This document shows, piece after piece, positions 28,300 to 36,899 of a stretch of DNA of 64,000 nucleotides. The notes under the pieces were generated by a model. It did no database searches. It was not told where the DNA came from and saw only the letters and a list, made by a program, of their open reading frames with translations. This DNA is from Capsulimonadaceae bacterium. Lineage in GTDB: Bacteria; Armatimonadota; Armatimonadia; Armatimonadales; Capsulimonadaceae. The stretch covers positions 4,416,001-4,480,000 of the forward strand of contig OZ244065.1 in NCBI GenBank assembly GCA_965215505.1, given 5' to 3'. Both the position numbers and the translations under genes were made by a program. Position 1 is the first letter of the stretch. Each line of letters starts with the position of its first letter.

Positions 28300-29718
28300 A
28301 TGGAGCAGCAGCCCGCGCCCGACGCAGATGTCCGTGGGGAGATCGCCCGCATCGCCGTCCCCGTCGGACTGGAGATGGTGGTCCAGCTCCTCCTGGGGCT
28401 GATTGACCAGGTCATCGTCGGCACATTGGGGGCGGTGGCGATCGCCGCCGTCGGCCTGTCCAACAGCTTCCTCGGCGTCCTGGGCATCTCGCTCGCCTCG
28501 CTCGGGGCAGGGGCCGGCATCCTGGTTTCGCGGGCGCACGGCGGCGGGCGGGCCGGCGAAACGGCGCGCGTTTCCAGCGCGGCGGTGGTCCTGGCCGCCG
28601 CTCTGTCTCTGCTCGTGGCCCTCCCATTCCTGCCCCTCGTCGGGCCATTCCTGAAGGCAGTCGGTGCCGCCCCGGATGTCGCCGCCGCTGCCCGCCCCTT
28701 CTTCCAGATCGTGCTCCTGACCCTGCCCGCCGCCGTCAGCGGGTCGGTCGCGAGCGCGACGCTGCGCTCGCTCGGCCGGGCGCGTGCCCCGCTGGCCGCC
28801 ACCCTGGTCGCGGTCGCGCTCAACACCGCGCTCGGGTACGCCCTGGTGCTGGGCGCGGGTCCCTTCCCCCGGCTGGGGCTGGCGGGGGCGGCCTGGGCGA
28901 CACTGGCCGCCCAGACCGTCCGGGCCGCGCTCGTCTTCCGGTCGCTCTACGGGGGCCGCACGGCCGAGCGCTGGGATCTGCCTTCCTCCCTGGCGGAGTG
29001 GCGCGAGACGGGCAGGGAACTGTTCCGTCTGTCCGTGCCGCTCGGGGCCAAAGACGTTTCGTGGTCGCTGGGCCTGTTCTTCTACGCCCTGCTCTTCCAG
29101 CGGCTGGGGACGGGGGCGCTGGCGGCCAGCCAGATCGTCTCCACGCTGGAGAACGTCTTCCTGCTGGCCTCCATCGGGCTGATGGTCGCCGCGACCACCT
29201 TGATCGGCCAGGCGGTCGGCAAAGGGGATGCGGACCTCGTGCGCTCGCGCGTCCGCGCCCTGTTGCGGGCCGGGGCCGTGACCGGGTGGGGGTTTGGGGC
29301 ACTCTACCTCGGGACCGCCCTGCTCCTGCCGGTCTTCTACCGGCATCTCGCCGCCGGTGTGCTGCACGTCGCCGCCTGGGGCATCGTCATCAGCGCCGCC
29401 TTCCAGGCGGTCCGGGTGCGGAACATCATCCTGGGCGGCGGCGTCCTCCCGAGCGCGGGCGACGCGCGCACCGTGGTCATCGGGGACGGCCTGGGGGCAT
29501 TCGTGGTCGGCCTGCCGCTCGCCTACCTGCTCGCGTTCCCGCTGCACTTCGGGGTGTGGGGCATCTTCGCGGCGCGCGGCGTCGAGGAGTTGTTCAAGGT
29601 ACTGCTGTTCTCCTGGCGGTCGGGCCGCCTGCGCTGGTCGGAGGTGATACTGCGCTCCGCCGCCCCCGCCTTTGATCCCGCCGGTGAGCCGGTAAAGGAA
29701 CGAGTTGGGCTATACTGA
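28300..29718 (+). CDS. MATE family efflux transporter
   Basis: IAVPV...DQVIVGTLGAVAIAAVG, LGLAGAAWAT, two-fold TM repeat. Confidence 0.92.
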   Translation: MEQQPAPDADVRGEIARIAVPVGLEMVVQLLLGLIDQVIVGTLGAVAIAAVGLSNSFLGVLGISLASLGAGAGILVSRAHGGGRAGETARVSSAAVVLAAALSLLVALPFLPLVGPFLKAVGAAPDVAAAARPFFQIVLLTLPAAVSGSVASATLRSLGRARAPLAATLVAVALNTALGYALVLGAGPFPRLGLAGAAWATLAAQTVRAALVFRSLYGGRTAERWDLPSSLAEWRETGRELFRLSVPLGAKDVSWSLGLFFYALLFQRLGTGALAASQIVSTLENVFLLASIGLMVAATTLIGQAVGKGDADLVRSRVRALLRAGAVTGWGFGALYLGTALLLPVFYRHLAAGVLHVAAWGIVISAAFQAVRVRNIILGGGVLPSAGDARTVVIGDGLGAFVVGLPLAYLLAFPLHFGVWGIFAARGVEELFKVLLFSWRSGRLRWSEVILRSAAPAFDPAGEPVKERVGLY

Positions 29719-29763
29719 TACCGTGCGCCTTCCGAACCGGGGCGCAATGGAGGCGAGACGATC

Positions 29764-30540
29764 ATGCTGCGGATGAAAGACGTGCCGCCGGACCAGATGG
29801 CGGAGGTCGTGCGGGTGGCGGGCGAACTCTACGACGCTGAGAAGGCACAGGCCCAGGAGCGACGCGCCACCGTCGCCGCCGCCGCCGAGATGGGCCTGCC
29901 GAAAGAGTACCTGGACCGGGCCGCCGAGCTTGTCCACGCCCGCCGGGTGGAGCAGATCGGCAGGCAGCGCCGCCGCCGGGCCGGCCTGTTCGCCGGCATC
30001 GGCGTTGCCGTCGCGCTCGGGGGCGGTTGGTTCGTGACCCACCCCCAGCCCGCCGCCCCCGTGGTTTACAGCTTCCAGACGGGGCAGTGGAACCTGGAAA
30101 CCGACCCCGCCTCCAAAGCCGCCGTGACCTCCGCGGACGGGGCCGCCACCATCCACGTTGACCACTTCGGGACGTCCGCCGGGGCTGACCAGTTTTTCGT
30201 CAACCTCAACACCAAAGACGTGCCTAAAACGCTTGTAGGCTACCGCACCGTCAGCTTCCGCGCCAGGAGCCTCGGGCTGGCCCATCTCCGTCTCTACCTG
30301 GAGAACGGCGACGAGCGATGGCGCTCCGCCAACCTCGCGGTGCCGACCGGCGGGCAGGTGTTCCGGCTTGACCTCCGCCAGTTCGACCACCAGACCCGCG
30401 ATGTGTCTACGGGCAAGTGGCAGAAGGTGGGGGCGAGCGCGCCGGGCCACGTCGAGCAGTTGTCCTTTAAAGTCGGCTACTACGTTAACAACGCGGACGC
30501 GCATGGGGATGTCCAGGTCAGTGACTTACGGTTCCAGTAG
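29764..30540 (+). CDS. Bitopic membrane protein: helical N-domain, TM, CBM/CIA30-like beta-sandwich
   Basis: RRRR then a hydrophobic helix; C-terminal GYRTVSFRAR...LDLRQF...VEQLSF...VQVSDLRF. Confidence 0.65.
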   Translation: MLRMKDVPPDQMAEVVRVAGELYDAEKAQAQERRATVAAAAEMGLPKEYLDRAAELVHARRVEQIGRQRRRRAGLFAGIGVAVALGGGWFVTHPQPAAPVVYSFQTGQWNLETDPASKAAVTSADGAATIHVDHFGTSAGADQFFVNLNTKDVPKTLVGYRTVSFRARSLGLAHLRLYLENGDERWRSANLAVPTGGQVFRLDLRQFDHQTRDVSTGKWQKVGASAPGHVEQLSFKVGYYVNNADAHGDVQVSDLRFQ

Positions 30541-32170
30541 GCCGGGTGCCTGGGCCGCCTACCGCGGACCGGGCGGCGATGCGGCGCTTCTGAGCCGTCT
30601 GATTGGCCCTGGCGCAGGGGCGCAGAACGGCGCAGTCTGGGGCCTCGGAGCGCACGGCGGGGTAGCGGAACCGGCGCGACTGATGTGCGCGCCCGGCGGG
30701 CTGATCCGGGCGCAAATTGGCACGGACGAAGAAGCCGGGTGTTCCGCCACAATCGCCCCGGATGGCGGCACTCTGACGCTGGCCTGTGACCCGTTCGGCC
30801 TGCACGGCGTCTTTTATACCCGGATCGGCGGCACATTCTGGGCCGCATCCGACCCGTGCCTCCTCCGAAATCTGCCCGGCGCTTCGGGTGGCCTGTCGCC
30901 CGATGCGCTGCACGGCTATCTGTGTTTCTCCCATGTGCCGACGCCGTTGACCATGACGGCGGGCGTCTCGGCCCTTCCCGCCGGGCACCGGCTGATGGTC
31001 ACGGCGGGGCATGTACAGGAAGAACATGGCCCGGCCTGGCGCGAGCGGGAGCCGACGCCGCTTGACGAAGACGCCCTCGCCGGGGAACTGCGCGGCCTGC
31101 TCCGGGCCGCCGTCGCCCGCCGCCTGGGGAACGATTTGGACGTCGCCGTCTTCCTCTCAGGCGGCCTGGACAGCAGCCTCATCGCCGCCCTGCTGGCGGA
31201 GGCCGGGGCGCGCGTTCACCTGTTCACGCTGGACTTCGGCCCGCCGTTCGACGCCGAACTGGCCTGCGCGCATCAGGTGGCCGCGCACCTGAAACGGCCA
31301 TTGCACGTCGTCCCGGCCCGGCCCGCCCAGATACGCGGCGCGCTGGAGGCGACCGGGGCGGCGATGCAGCAGCCCCTCGGCGACGGCGTCGCCGTTCCCT
31401 TGTACCTGCTGGGACAGGCGGCGCGGGCGCACGGCCTGACTACCGCTTTCAACGGCGAGGGCGGCGACCAGCTTTTCGGCGGCTGGGCCAACAAGCCGAT
31501 GATCGCCGCCGAGCTATACCGCCCGACAGGGGGAGACTTGGAGGCCGACCGCGAGGCCGCCTACCTCGCGACTTACCACCGCTTCTGGGGCCTCACCGAT
31601 CAGTTTTACACGCCGCAGGCGCGGGAGGCTATTACTGGGCTGGACGCCGGGGCTTGGGTGCGTCCGGCCCTCAGTGCCGACGGCTCTCCCAGCCCCAGCC
31701 TGCTGCACCGCCTGCGGGCCGCCAACCTGCGGCTGAAAGGGGCGCAGAACATCGCGCCGCGCGCCGTCCAACTGGGCGCGGCGCACGGCCTGCGTGTCCA
31801 GATGCCGCTCTTCGACCGGGCGCTGACGGAGTGGACCTTCGGCCTGCCCTCCGAGTGGTTCCTGCGCGGCGCGTGCGAGAAGTACGGGCTGAAGCGAGCC
31901 GCCGAGGCATTTCTGCCGTTCGAGATCGTCTGGCGCGAGAAGCGCGGCATGGGCGTCCCGGCCACCGAGTGGTGCCTGGGGCCACTGGGCCGAGAAGTCG
32001 CACACTGGCTTTCGCCGCGACGGCTGAAGCGGGACGGCCTGTTTGAACCCGATGCCGTTGCCCGTCTCCGGCGCGGCGAGGACCAGGGAGGCGAGTTCCG
32101 GCGTCGCCGCGTGGGCGAAAAGCTTTGGGCCTTGCTGATGCTCCACGTCTGGCGCGAAACACACCCATGA
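30503..32170 (+). CDS. Asparagine synthetase-like protein 1 (no N-terminal Cys)
   Basis: DPFGLHGVFY, SGGLDSS PP-loop, NGEGGDQLFGG, EKRGM; start may be 30503, 30509 or 30521. Confidence 0.85.
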   Translation: MGMSRSVTYGSSRPGAWAAYRGPGGDAALLSRLIGPGAGAQNGAVWGLGAHGGVAEPARLMCAPGGLIRAQIGTDEEAGCSATIAPDGGTLTLACDPFGLHGVFYTRIGGTFWAASDPCLLRNLPGASGGLSPDALHGYLCFSHVPTPLTMTAGVSALPAGHRLMVTAGHVQEEHGPAWREREPTPLDEDALAGELRGLLRAAVARRLGNDLDVAVFLSGGLDSSLIAALLAEAGARVHLFTLDFGPPFDAELACAHQVAAHLKRPLHVVPARPAQIRGALEATGAAMQQPLGDGVAVPLYLLGQAARAHGLTTAFNGEGGDQLFGGWANKPMIAAELYRPTGGDLEADREAAYLATYHRFWGLTDQFYTPQAREAITGLDAGAWVRPALSADGSPSPSLLHRLRAANLRLKGAQNIAPRAVQLGAAHGLRVQMPLFDRALTEWTFGLPSEWFLRGACEKYGLKRAAEAFLPFEIVWREKRGMGVPATEWCLGPLGREVAHWLSPRRLKRDGLFEPDAVARLRRGEDQGGEFRRRRVGEKLWALLMLHVWRETHP

Positions 32171-33270
32171 AATGCATCCACTGTAACACGGACACCACCT
32201 ACCCGGTGCGGCGCGGCAACGGGGGCCGCTGCCGCTCTTGTCAGCACCCGTTCGCCTTCGAGCCGAAGACCGACGCGCTCGGCGTCGCCGACGGTCTGTT
32301 CCAAAGGGCGGTCAAGGACGTGTCCGGCGACAGGGCCGTCTTCTTCACCGAGGGCCAGTTGTGGTATGAGTTCAACCGCCGCCTGCTCCGCAAAAAGGTC
32401 CCCGTCTCGTCCGGCTCGGTCCTGATCGGTGTCAGTGGTGCCGGCGGGGTCGTCGTCGCCCTCGCCGCCCACACCTTCTGGCCGCTCGCGTTCATCACCG
32501 TCCCCGGCGTCATCGGCGGGGCCTTGCTGCGCGCCCGCGCCAAGCGCGCCAACATGCTCCCGCACCCCCTGATCTCGACGGGCGGGTTTCATGCCAAGTA
32601 CCTGACCCGTTGGAGCGCGGTACATGGCCCGATCCCGAAGCTCCTGCCGCCCGTCGTTTCCCAGCCCGCGCCCGCCGCGCCGCCCTCGGACATCTCCGCG
32701 TTCAGCTTCGACCGCGCCCTGGTCACGGACCACGCCGCCGTCGCCGCCATGCTGGTCGCCAACAACTTCCACTTCGAGAACAACTGTGCCATCCTGAGCG
32801 CGGACGGCTACCCGCAGCACGTCGGGGCCACTCTGATGACCATGCTGCGGCGCAACCCGCGCCTGCGCGTCTTCGCCGTGCATGACGCTTCGGAGGCCGG
32901 CTGCGGGCTGCCGCTGGAACTGCGGCGGGAAGGCTGGTTCCCGGACCCATCCGTCCAGGTCTTCGACCTGGGCCTGCGGCCGAGCCACGTCCTGAAGATG
33001 CGCCCGATCTCGTTGCCGGGCGGGTCGCGCACTCTGCCGCCCGCCCTGCGCGCCACGCTCGCGCCCGAGGAGGCGGCCTGGCTGGAAGGGGGAACCAGCG
33101 TGGGCCTGGAGGTCGTCCGCCCGGCCAAGCTCATGCGCTCGATCTATCAGGGCTTCGCCCGCGCCGACCAGGCCGGTTCCGTCGGCGGCGGTGACATGGG
33201 CGGAGACGGCATCATTATTTGGGGATACGACGGCGGCGCGGACATCCAGGCGGCGGACAGTTTCGGCTAG
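32167..33270 (+). CDS. Zn-ribbon + 2TM + TOPRIM-like protein with Gly/Asp-rich tail
   Basis: CxxC...CxxC; two hydrophobic helices; GYP...VFAVHDASEAG...LGLRPSH; ATGA overlap with the upstream gene. Confidence 0.7.
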   Translation: MKCIHCNTDTTYPVRRGNGGRCRSCQHPFAFEPKTDALGVADGLFQRAVKDVSGDRAVFFTEGQLWYEFNRRLLRKKVPVSSGSVLIGVSGAGGVVVALAAHTFWPLAFITVPGVIGGALLRARAKRANMLPHPLISTGGFHAKYLTRWSAVHGPIPKLLPPVVSQPAPAAPPSDISAFSFDRALVTDHAAVAAMLVANNFHFENNCAILSADGYPQHVGATLMTMLRRNPRLRVFAVHDASEAGCGLPLELRREGWFPDPSVQVFDLGLRPSHVLKMRPISLPGGSRTLPPALRATLAPEEAAWLEGGTSVGLEVVRPAKLMRSIYQGFARADQAGSVGGGDMGGDGIIIWGYDGGADIQAADSFG

Positions 33271-33296
33271 AAAACATTTATGGTTAGAAGTCAGGC

Positions 33297-34994
33297 ATGA
33301 ACGACTTTTTCGGTGTTTACGGCGTCCCCGACCCGGCCCGCGCCCTGCGGTCCCTGGGCATCACGCCGGCTTGGAGCGATGCGGACGTGGCCTTCGGCGG
33401 TGCCCCGGTCTGGGCGGACTCGTCCGGGACGGTCATCGCCTGCGGCGAGCTGATACTCGACAACGCCGAGGAGTTGCGCCGAATGCTCGACCGACCCCAA
33501 GCCGAGCCGGGGGCGCTGCTGGCCGAACTCGCCCTGTGCCACGGTGACCAGGCCGGCAAATACGCGCGCGGCATGTTCGCCGTCGCCCTGTGGAACACGC
33601 GCGAGAAGACTTTGACCCTCCTGCGTGACGGGGTGGGGGCGCGGACGCTCTACTATGCCTCTTCGGGCCGTGCCTGCTGGTTCGGGGCGCGCCTGCGCGC
33701 CCTCCGCCGCTGCCCCGCCGTGTCCGACGCCCTCTCACTGCCCGCCCTCCGCGACTACCTCACCTGTGCCTTCGTGCCCGGCGCGCAGACACTGTGGCGG
33801 GACGTGTCCGAGCTGCGGCCCGGCACGGCGCGGGTCTGGCCCGGCGGTGCCACGCACTCCCACTGGGAGCCGGCGGAGGACGCCTCGGACTGGGCCGCCC
33901 CGATGGAGACACACGCCGCACGCCTGCGCGTTCTGCTGGAAGAGGCCGTGCGCGACTGCCTCCCCGCCACGGGTCCGACCGGCGTCTTCCTCTCGGGTGG
34001 ACTGGACAGCAGCCTGGTCGCGGCCCTTGCCGCCCGTGACGTGCCCGGACCGCTGCACACGTTCGCCATCCACTTCGGGCCGGAGTACCCGCACGAGCTG
34101 GAATACTCGGACCTGGTCGCGCGGCACTGCGGGACGCATCACCACGTCATCGCCCTGCCCGCCAAAAAGATCCGCGAGGCGCTGCCCGAGACGATGGCCG
34201 CCCTGGACGACCCCATCGGGGACCCTTTGACCACGCCGAACCTCATCCTGGGCCGGGCGGCCGCCGCCGAGACCGGCGTGGTCCTGAACGGCGAGGGCGG
34301 CGACCCCTGCTTCGGCGGCCCCAAGAACCTGCCCATGCTCCTGCACGAGCTTTACGGGGGGGGGCCTGACAGTGAACAGACGGGCCGTGCGGGGGCCTAC
34401 CTGCGCGCCTTCCAGAAGTGCTATGACGACCTGCCGCGCCTGCTCCTGCCGGATGTCCGGACGGCACTGCGCGCCTCGCCGCCCGAGGCGTTACTCACCC
34501 CGCTGCTGGACGATGAGGCTTCGGCACACTATCTGAACCGCCTGATGTACGTCAACACGCGCTTCAAGGGGGCCGACCACATTCTGACCAAGGTGAGCAA
34601 CCTGACCTCGGTGTGCGGCCTGCTGGGGCGCTCCCCACTGTTTGACCGCCGCGTCGTCGGGGCGAGCTTCGCCATCCCGCCCGAATTCAAGCTGTCCGGG
34701 GCCAGCGAAAAGGCCGTGCTGAAACGCGCCGTGGCCGACCTCCTGCCGGAAATCATTTTGACCCGCCCTAAGAGCGGAATGCTGGTGCCGGTGCAGGCCT
34801 GGTTCGCCCGCGATCTGCGCCCGATGGCCCGCTCCCTGCTCCTCAGCCGGCGCTCCCGCATCCGCCCATACCTGGACCAGACCCTGGTGCGCGAGTGGCT
34901 GCAAGGCCGCCCCCACCTGCGCCCCCGCGCGGGCGTCAAGCTGTGGCTCCTGCTGACGCTTGAGCTATGGCTGCGGGCGAATGAGGCGGAATGA
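33297..34994 (+). CDS. Asparagine synthetase-like protein 2 (no N-terminal Cys)
   Basis: MNDFFGVYG in place of MCGI; GMFAVALW, RDGVGARTLYY, SGGLDSS, NGEGGDPCFGG, RPKSGM. Confidence 0.9.
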   Translation: MNDFFGVYGVPDPARALRSLGITPAWSDADVAFGGAPVWADSSGTVIACGELILDNAEELRRMLDRPQAEPGALLAELALCHGDQAGKYARGMFAVALWNTREKTLTLLRDGVGARTLYYASSGRACWFGARLRALRRCPAVSDALSLPALRDYLTCAFVPGAQTLWRDVSELRPGTARVWPGGATHSHWEPAEDASDWAAPMETHAARLRVLLEEAVRDCLPATGPTGVFLSGGLDSSLVAALAARDVPGPLHTFAIHFGPEYPHELEYSDLVARHCGTHHHVIALPAKKIREALPETMAALDDPIGDPLTTPNLILGRAAAAETGVVLNGEGGDPCFGGPKNLPMLLHELYGGGPDSEQTGRAGAYLRAFQKCYDDLPRLLLPDVRTALRASPPEALLTPLLDDEASAHYLNRLMYVNTRFKGADHILTKVSNLTSVCGLLGRSPLFDRRVVGASFAIPPEFKLSGASEKAVLKRAVADLLPEIILTRPKSGMLVPVQAWFARDLRPMARSLLLSRRSRIRPYLDQTLVREWLQGRPHLRPRAGVKLWLLLTLELWLRANEAE

Positions 34995-35007
34995 CCTTCC
35001 TACCTTC

Positions 35008-35031
35008 GTAGGGGCGGGGTTCCCCCGCCCT
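35008..35031 (+). repeat. GTAG-type REP-like palindrome
   Basis: GTAGGGGCGGGGTTCCCCCGCCCT. Confidence 0.7.
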
Positions 35032-35068
35032 CTGGTCCTGATATGTCGCTGTGAAAGACAACCACCCA

Positions 35069-35794
35069 ATGACCTTCCTCCCGCTCCCCCTCCAAAACGG
35101 CCTCCTGCTGGACCTCACCGACGGTGCCCACCCCACGCAGGTCTTCGGCTGGACTGACGGCGTTCTGGACCTGCCGCCCGGCGCGACCCACTACGGCATG
35201 GTCACGGAGGGGGAGGCTGGACTGACCTTCGACGGCGGCCACTTCCGCCTGCGGCCCGGCATGTACTTCGTCCTCCCCGCCCAGGCAACACTCTCCGGGG
35301 CGGGCAGCCGGGGCCTGGTCGTCTCGCGGCTCGGCTACACTGGTCTGACCCAGTGGGGCGGGCCGGTGGAGGCGCAGGGCCGCCTGCGCTACATTGACGG
35401 CTGCTCCGACACCCTCCTCGTCTGCCCGCCCCAGAAGGGCGAGCCTTGCCTCAACCACCTGCACATCCCGCCCCGCACCAGCCAGTCCGCGCACACGCAC
35501 CCCTCGGAGCGCATCGGCGTCATCCTGCGCGGCGCGGGCGAGTGCCGCACACCGGACGGCACCTTCGCGCTGGCCCCCGGCATGGGCTGGCGCATCCCCG
35601 CCGGGTGTGAACACTCCTTCTTCACGACCGAGGCGAGCCTGGACGTCATCGCCTGGCACCCTGACTCCGACTTCGGCCCCACCCACGATGACCACCCCAT
35701 GGTCAACTTGACTCTGGTGGGCGGCGTCTCCGCCGCGCAGATTGACGCCATTCGGACCGGGGAGCTGAATGAAAGGAAACCCAATGGAAATTAA
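35069..35794 (+). CDS. Bicupin metal-binding protein
   Basis: HTHPSERIGVILRGAG...EHSFFT cupin motifs; YIDGCSDT; HPDSDFGPTHDDHPM. Confidence 0.8.
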   Translation: MTFLPLPLQNGLLLDLTDGAHPTQVFGWTDGVLDLPPGATHYGMVTEGEAGLTFDGGHFRLRPGMYFVLPAQATLSGAGSRGLVVSRLGYTGLTQWGGPVEAQGRLRYIDGCSDTLLVCPPQKGEPCLNHLHIPPRTSQSAHTHPSERIGVILRGAGECRTPDGTFALAPGMGWRIPAGCEHSFFTTEASLDVIAWHPDSDFGPTHDDHPMVNLTLVGGVSAAQIDAIRTGELNERKPNGN

Positions 35795-36302
35795 CATCAG
35801 CCCCGCGCCCCCCGACTGGCGCAAGACCGTCGCAGAGCGCACCCCGCTCTACGGCCACCGCAACTGGATCGCCGTCGTGGACTCCGCCTACCCCGCCCAG
35901 TCCCAGGGCGGCATCGAAACCATCGTTGCCGACGCCGACCAGGCCGAGGTCGTGGGGGCCGTGCTGCAAGCGCTGTCCGCCTCCCGGCATGTGCGCCCCG
36001 TCGTCTACACCGACGCCGAACTGGCCTTTGTAGACGAAGACGACGCCCCCGGCGTCACCGCCTACCGCCGGCAGCTCGCGGCGGTCCTGGGGGACAACGC
36101 CGCGACCGGCCTGATCCACGAACAGATCATCCAAAGGCTGGACGAGGCGGGGCAGACGTTCCGCATCCTCATCGTGAAGACGGACATGACGATCCCCTAC
36201 ACCTCTGTTTTCTTCCAGCTCGACTGCAAATACTGGAGCGCCGAGGCGGAGCAGCGGTTGCGCGCCCGGATGCCCGCCGAGACACCGGAGGCGGCCAAGT
36301 GA
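35784..36302 (+). CDS. RbsD/FucU-like (sugar mutarotase/pyranase fold) protein
   Basis: YGHRNWIAVVDSAYP and IVKTDMTIPYTSVFF. Confidence 0.7.
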   Translation: MEINISPAPPDWRKTVAERTPLYGHRNWIAVVDSAYPAQSQGGIETIVADADQAEVVGAVLQALSASRHVRPVVYTDAELAFVDEDDAPGVTAYRRQLAAVLGDNAATGLIHEQIIQRLDEAGQTFRILIVKTDMTIPYTSVFFQLDCKYWSAEAEQRLRARMPAETPEAAK

Positions 36303-36850
36303 CGACGACAGCCATGTCCCTCAGAGCCGGCATTGAGATCGTGGAAGCGGCCATTGACGACAAGCCGATCCTGCGCCAACTTCTGGAGCTGTACCAGTAC
36401 GACTTCAGCGAGTTCGAGGGGACGGACGTCGGGCCGCACGGCGTTTACGGATACCGCTATTTGGACCACTACTGGACGGAGCCTGACCGCCACCCCTATC
36501 TTATCCGCGTGGACAGCCGCCTCGCGGGCTTCGCCCTCGTCAACCGCCACGCCGTCAGCGGCGAGGATCGCCGGTCACTCGCCGAGTTCTTCGTGATGCG
36601 GAAGTACCGGGGGCGAGGCGTCGGCGAATTCGCCGCCACCCGCGTCTTCGACCTCTGGCCTGGGAAATGGGGGGTCGCGCAGGTTGCCTCCCACCCAGGC
36701 TCCTCCGCCTTCTGGCGCAAGGTCATCCGCCGGTACACGCGCGGCGAGTTCGAGGAGCGCCAGGCCGAGTGGGGCGGACAGCACGGCCCCGTACAACTCT
36801 TCGACAACTCGGGCCGCGCAGCGGTGGGGGAGGAAGGCGCGGAGTCATAA
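36299..36850 (+). CDS. GNAT N-acetyltransferase
   Basis: LYQYDFSEF, AEFFVMRKYRGRGVG, AFWRKVI. Confidence 0.88.
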   Translation: MTTTAMSLRAGIEIVEAAIDDKPILRQLLELYQYDFSEFEGTDVGPHGVYGYRYLDHYWTEPDRHPYLIRVDSRLAGFALVNRHAVSGEDRRSLAEFFVMRKYRGRGVGEFAATRVFDLWPGKWGVAQVASHPGSSAFWRKVIRRYTRGEFEERQAEWGGQHGPVQLFDNSGRAAVGEEGAES

Positions 36851-36899
36851 TCAACTGACAGCAGTAGGCGTTTTAGATGACATGTACGGCGGCCCTGTA

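Noticed and set aside
27787-29547. 586-aa SecE and 642-aa MATE as given in the ORF track
   Set aside because: The N-terminal extensions run across the divergent promoter region; better starts are 28122 (secE) and 28300 (MATE).
32167-33270. Wadjet (jetABCD) or topoisomerase VI locus
   Set aside because: No SMC/kleisin or TopoVI-B gene is nearby, the acidic motif is degenerate, and the protein has TM helices.
30503-34994. Canonical lasso peptide cluster or housekeeping AsnB
   Set aside because: No RRE/PqqD, transglutaminase-like B2 peptidase or short precursor gene is seen. The missing N-terminal Cys argues against glutamine-dependent AsnB.
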